Origin: Paramicrosporidium saccamoebae KSL3
Lineage: Eukaryota > Fungi > Cryptomycota
DNA length: 32,000 nt
Direction of reading: 5' to 3'
NCBI GenBank assembly: GCA_002794465.1
Contig: MTSL01000101.1
Coordinates: 110,962 to 142,961, forward strand
Of this stretch, positions 28,405 to 32,000 are shown piece after piece. Under the pieces are notes generated by a model. That model was not told the DNA's origin, searched no databases, and saw only the letters and a list, made by a program, of their open reading frames with translations. The stretch's first letter is position 1. Every line of letters begins with the position of its first letter. A program made the translations under genes and the position numbers.

Positions 28405-31400
28405 ATGGCCACGCTCGTTACAGGTGAAGAAGCTGACGTCGAGGTATGTTCCCAGTACAAATTTTTTGATGGCTTTTACAGTTTCTTCAATTTAAGCAGC
28501 TTAAGAATGGATTTAATGCATACATTCCCGAAGAGCTATTACCTACGGGCTACGGGGAGAATGGCACTAATATGATTGCTATTGACCAAAAGACAGCAAC
28601 AGCGTTTTGGGCAGTACAGGGTGGCATTGGATACTGTAAACTTTGCGAATTGACCAAGAAGAATGGCGCGGTTGAGGGAAGTCGACTGAAATTAAAGTCA
28701 CCAGTCCATAGCCTCTTTGTGCAGAACGGATGGCTAGTTGTTGCTTCAGACGCAAGCTTGCTTTTCTACGACTTGATTACGCTTTCTCAAGAAGTAAGGA
28801 TGAGTGTGTTGTATTGAGACTTTAGTCAGAAGCAATTATAGTCGATGTGGACAAAGTCCAGAGTCCGAGTATAGCAAAGGACTATGTTGTCTGGCTAGAT
28901 AAGGCTGGTAAGATTAACCATGTCAAACTGGGCGAGTCCTCCCCTACATGCCTGGAATTGGGAAAGTTTCGTGTCGGTATGTTTATGATGGCTGGCTTTT
29001 GATGTTTAGTCTGCGGAAATATTAATGAGAGCTCTGCTTATCTTATTGGAAATGATAGCCTTACAGTATCGAAAATTTCTCTCCCAGATGGTAAAACGGA
29101 AGCCACTGTTGTCCAGCCGGAAGACTTGACATTTGAAGAAGACAATCTGAGCATATACTGTGCCGACAATAACGCACTCTTGATTGGAGTTGAAAACTCG
29201 GTTTTTGTTGTAAAATGGAGCAAAGACGGTGCCTCAGATTGGATAAAATTTGAAGATCCGGCTCGCGCAGTCGGTAGTGGGCAGTATTTTCGGTTTCTGA
29301 GCATAAATGGGTGGTCAGCTGACCTTTCCATGCTCGCAATAATTGCTGATTCTGCATCTTCCGATTTGATCAGCGGTGGGATTCTTAAAAGCGATGCTTT
29401 TAAGTCATTTTTTATCATGTCTGAAGAGGGACTGCCGCAGCTTCCACTCAAAAAAGGAATGGAGACATTTCCCGTTGGTATGGCACTTGATTTTACAAAT
29501 TCGGATCCTGTTCCTCCTTCTAATCCTGAAGACGAAATGCTGCCTCCTCAACCAGTACTGTGGATTTTGAACTCTGGTGGCATGTTTTGTCCATTCCGCA
29601 TTGTAAAGACTGATCAGCCCAAAATGTGTCCCTTGATGCAACCGAGTAAGGCTGTTGTTACCGAATTTCCAAAAGAGCTTTTAACAATCCAAGCAAAGGT
29701 CGTGTCTCCGCCATCTAATACGTCCACTAACGTCAGTAAGGCGGCCCAACTGCCCAGTAGATCTGATTTTTCCGAAGAAGAGCCGTATGAACAGGAATCT
29801 GTTGCTGTACCTGTCCTGTCCAGACTCACCGAAGATCTGGGCCTACTAACGAATGTAAGGATGCTGTTTTGATCGTTAACCAGTTTAGGCAATTTCTGAA
29901 GAATTTGTTGATCTCTATGATGGCTTTAATGCCGACCTCGATCAGATCAGAGGCTTGGGGAACGAAACATATGGACGTATTGTGAAAGGGCGCCATCTTG
30001 TGTATGAGGTTGAAAATATTACCACAGAGTTGTCAAACCTCTCGGCCAGCTTGGACACTCGCCTTACCGACTCTGCTTTGCAAGAGCAGTCTGCAATGAA
30101 CCTTGTTGGTCGTGCTTCGCAAGCAAAAGCGGCTCTCCAGACTCGATCGTCTCTCGAATCTATTCCGGCGATTGTTGACCGGCTTAACAAGGCTGTTACC
30201 GTGGTTGAGACATTGCTCAGGGAGGCCAATGCTATTGAAGACGTCAAAAAACGTCGTAAATTTATACAAGATCATATTGTTCCCGAGTTGGAAGCATCGC
30301 TTAATGTCCTTACCGAAACATCCATTATCCATAGCACTTCTAAATCTTCTCGTAAAGGCACACCACCTAAGGGCGACAACTGGAGTAAGCTACATTCAGC
30401 CCTGAGGCAGAGATCCGCAACGGAGATTAACACTGATGCTAGAAGGGGAGAGACACCAAAAGTCGATCGTGTCACGGCAAAATTGAAAGCAATGTCAGTT
30501 TGTGGTCCAGTTCCGGCTCCCCTTGTCCTCTCGGCCATCAAAGCCGAGCCGATAAAGAATCCTCTACGTGTTTCAGTAGCACCAGCATCAACTCTAAGTA
30601 AGATCCCGGCCACTATTAGTGCAGGAAGTACCAAACTAGCTCTCGAGCCAACAAAACCGACATTCTCTGTCTCTTCAGCCGCGACAACGATTACCAAGCC
30701 CCCAGAGTTGGCTAAATTGCCACTTTCATCCTCGCCCGTTAAATCGGATATTTCAAAGTCATCTTTACTGAGCGAATCTGTTGTCGAGAAGTCAGCGGTA
30801 GCATCGACGCTTGCTAGCTCCTCTGACCTCAGTCATGCCGAGCCACCAAAGTTCAAGTTTGCTTTAGCAAAGCCTACTATGCCTACTGTTTCCACCAAAA
30901 TCAATCTGCCTTCTCAATTAGACAACGAAAAAACTTTGACTGACTCCAGTGCCAAATTGACTAAGGAGGACACTGGACAATCGCCTACAAAATCTTGGAC
31001 AGATATTGAAAACATTGCTATAAAATCACCTACACCAAAGGGCCCAAAGAGTCCAGTTGAAACTAAACCCTCATTCGGATTTACCTTTGGATCTCCTACC
31101 CCCTCAAGCTCCAAGGAAGAAACGTCTCTTGGTAAACTGTCACTAGGCTCTACGCCGGCAGCTGCGGTCCAATCGGGCCCAAGTATCTTTAATATCCCGT
31201 CGACAGTCGCTGGGATTAAGGATTCGCCCATGCCTTCGCCTTCTCCGGCGACACCTACTGGAAGTGGATTTAGACCAAGTGCATTGGAGAGTGTTGCGAA
31301 TACAACTACGGCTAGTATTTTTGATGGATCGAGTTCGGGATTTGCCACTCCCTTTTCCACGCCTTCAAAGCCTGCTCCGAGTACTGGCGCTTTTGGGACC

Positions 31401-31718
31401 ATCGGCTCTTTGGGAAATGCGCCACAGTTTGCAGCAGCGCCTACGTTTGGAGCCCCTACTAGTTTCGGCGCATCTTTGTCAAATGCGACACCTGCATTTG
31501 GACAGACATCGTCATTTGGCTTTAACACTCCAGCTCCTCCGACACCATCAGCCGGATTCGCAGCGTTTTCAACATCGGGACAATCTGGTGGATTTGCAGC
31601 ATTTGCCAAACCTGTCACTGGTAATACCAATGTGTTTGGATCGGCAAGCAGTGCAAGCGCTGGAGATCAGAACAAAAAGAAGGATTTGCCACCGTCATTC
31701 ACCGAATTTCGTTCATAA
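28405..31718 (+). CDS. NUP214: Nucleoporin Nup214/Nup159, about 1058 aa; exons 28405-28443, 28482-28793, 28826-28976, 29010-29854, 29889-31718
   Basis: N-terminal beta-propeller (GEEADVE|FLQFKQL...PVGMALDF..PVLWILNSGGMF), a coiled coil, an S/T/P-rich spacer, C-terminal FG repeats (SFGFTFG, PTFG, TSFG, AFGQTSSFGF, NVFG) and terminal PPSFTEFRS. Introns of 38, 32, 33 and 34 nt give a continuous frame. Confidence 0.8.
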
Positions 31719-31836
31719 ACAATTAAAATTCAAATTCCCTTTACTGATTACCTGGTTTCTCATCTTTATGTCCTAGCTTTACCTTAACCAGATCTTGCGA
31801 AACCGTCTGGCTTTCTGGTATTCACTCTGCTTTAAA

Positions 31837-32000
31837 CTACGCGGCCACTCCTTCAGCTCCATTGTTATCGTTTGCGGCCTTTTTTTCGGCTTTGCGGACA
31901 GTGGCCTTTTCTTTTACCTTATTCTCTGCAGTCTTTTCATCGGCCCTGTCAGCAGCCTGAGCTTCAATCTTTTCCATGGCCTCGTCCTGGTCAATAATTT
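31837..32000 (-). CDS. 3' end of an unidentified charged (K/E/A-rich) protein running off the window
   Basis: IIDQDEAMEKIEAQAADRADEKTAENKVKEKATVRKAEKKAANDNNGAEGVAA*, with TAG at 31837-31839, convergent with Nup214. Confidence 0.55.
   Translation of the reverse strand, partial: IIDQDEAMEKIEAQAADRADEKTAENKVKEKATVRKAEKKAANDNNGAEGVAA

Noticed and set aside
30272-31630. Long minus-strand ORFs (141 and 238 aa)
   Set aside because: They are antisense to the low-complexity S/T/P region of Nup214.

Overview
Very gene-dense eukaryotic DNA with about 20 protein-coding genes, one tRNA-Asp(GUC), and most intergenic gaps of only 23-340 bp. Spliceosomal introns are tiny (27-40 nt), so many genes are split across frames and were missed or mis-started by the ORF track. 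I reconstructed the exon structures by hand. Recognisable genes in order: methylmalonyl-CoA epimerase (partial), DBP10, Elongin A, CAP/Srv2, DJ-1, GPN1, ubiquitin-eS31, an ArfGAP-UBA protein, TMA20/MCT-1, eIF3c, a catalytically intact Argonaute, PPIL2, a DUF4203 membrane protein, a TTD14-like P-loop/CYTH protein, AP-1/2 beta-adaptin, uL18/RPL5, Dbf4, complex I NDUFS3 and Nup214/159, plus several orphans. Fungal-like proteins, retained animal-like genes, complex I, micro-introns and extreme compaction together suggest an early-diverging fungal relative (Rozellomycota-like, e.g. Paramicrosporidium-type). This is inference, not a verified identification. The best unexplained signal is a dispersed non-coding repeat family with 3 clear copies and 1 weak copy. 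It has TGTGACGTAG...CTACGTCACA inverted ends and a 29-bp subterminal tandem unit, and it sits in the longest intergenic gaps, one of them right after Argonaute. I found no convincing new multi-gene system. All family assignments come from recalled motifs, not database searches.
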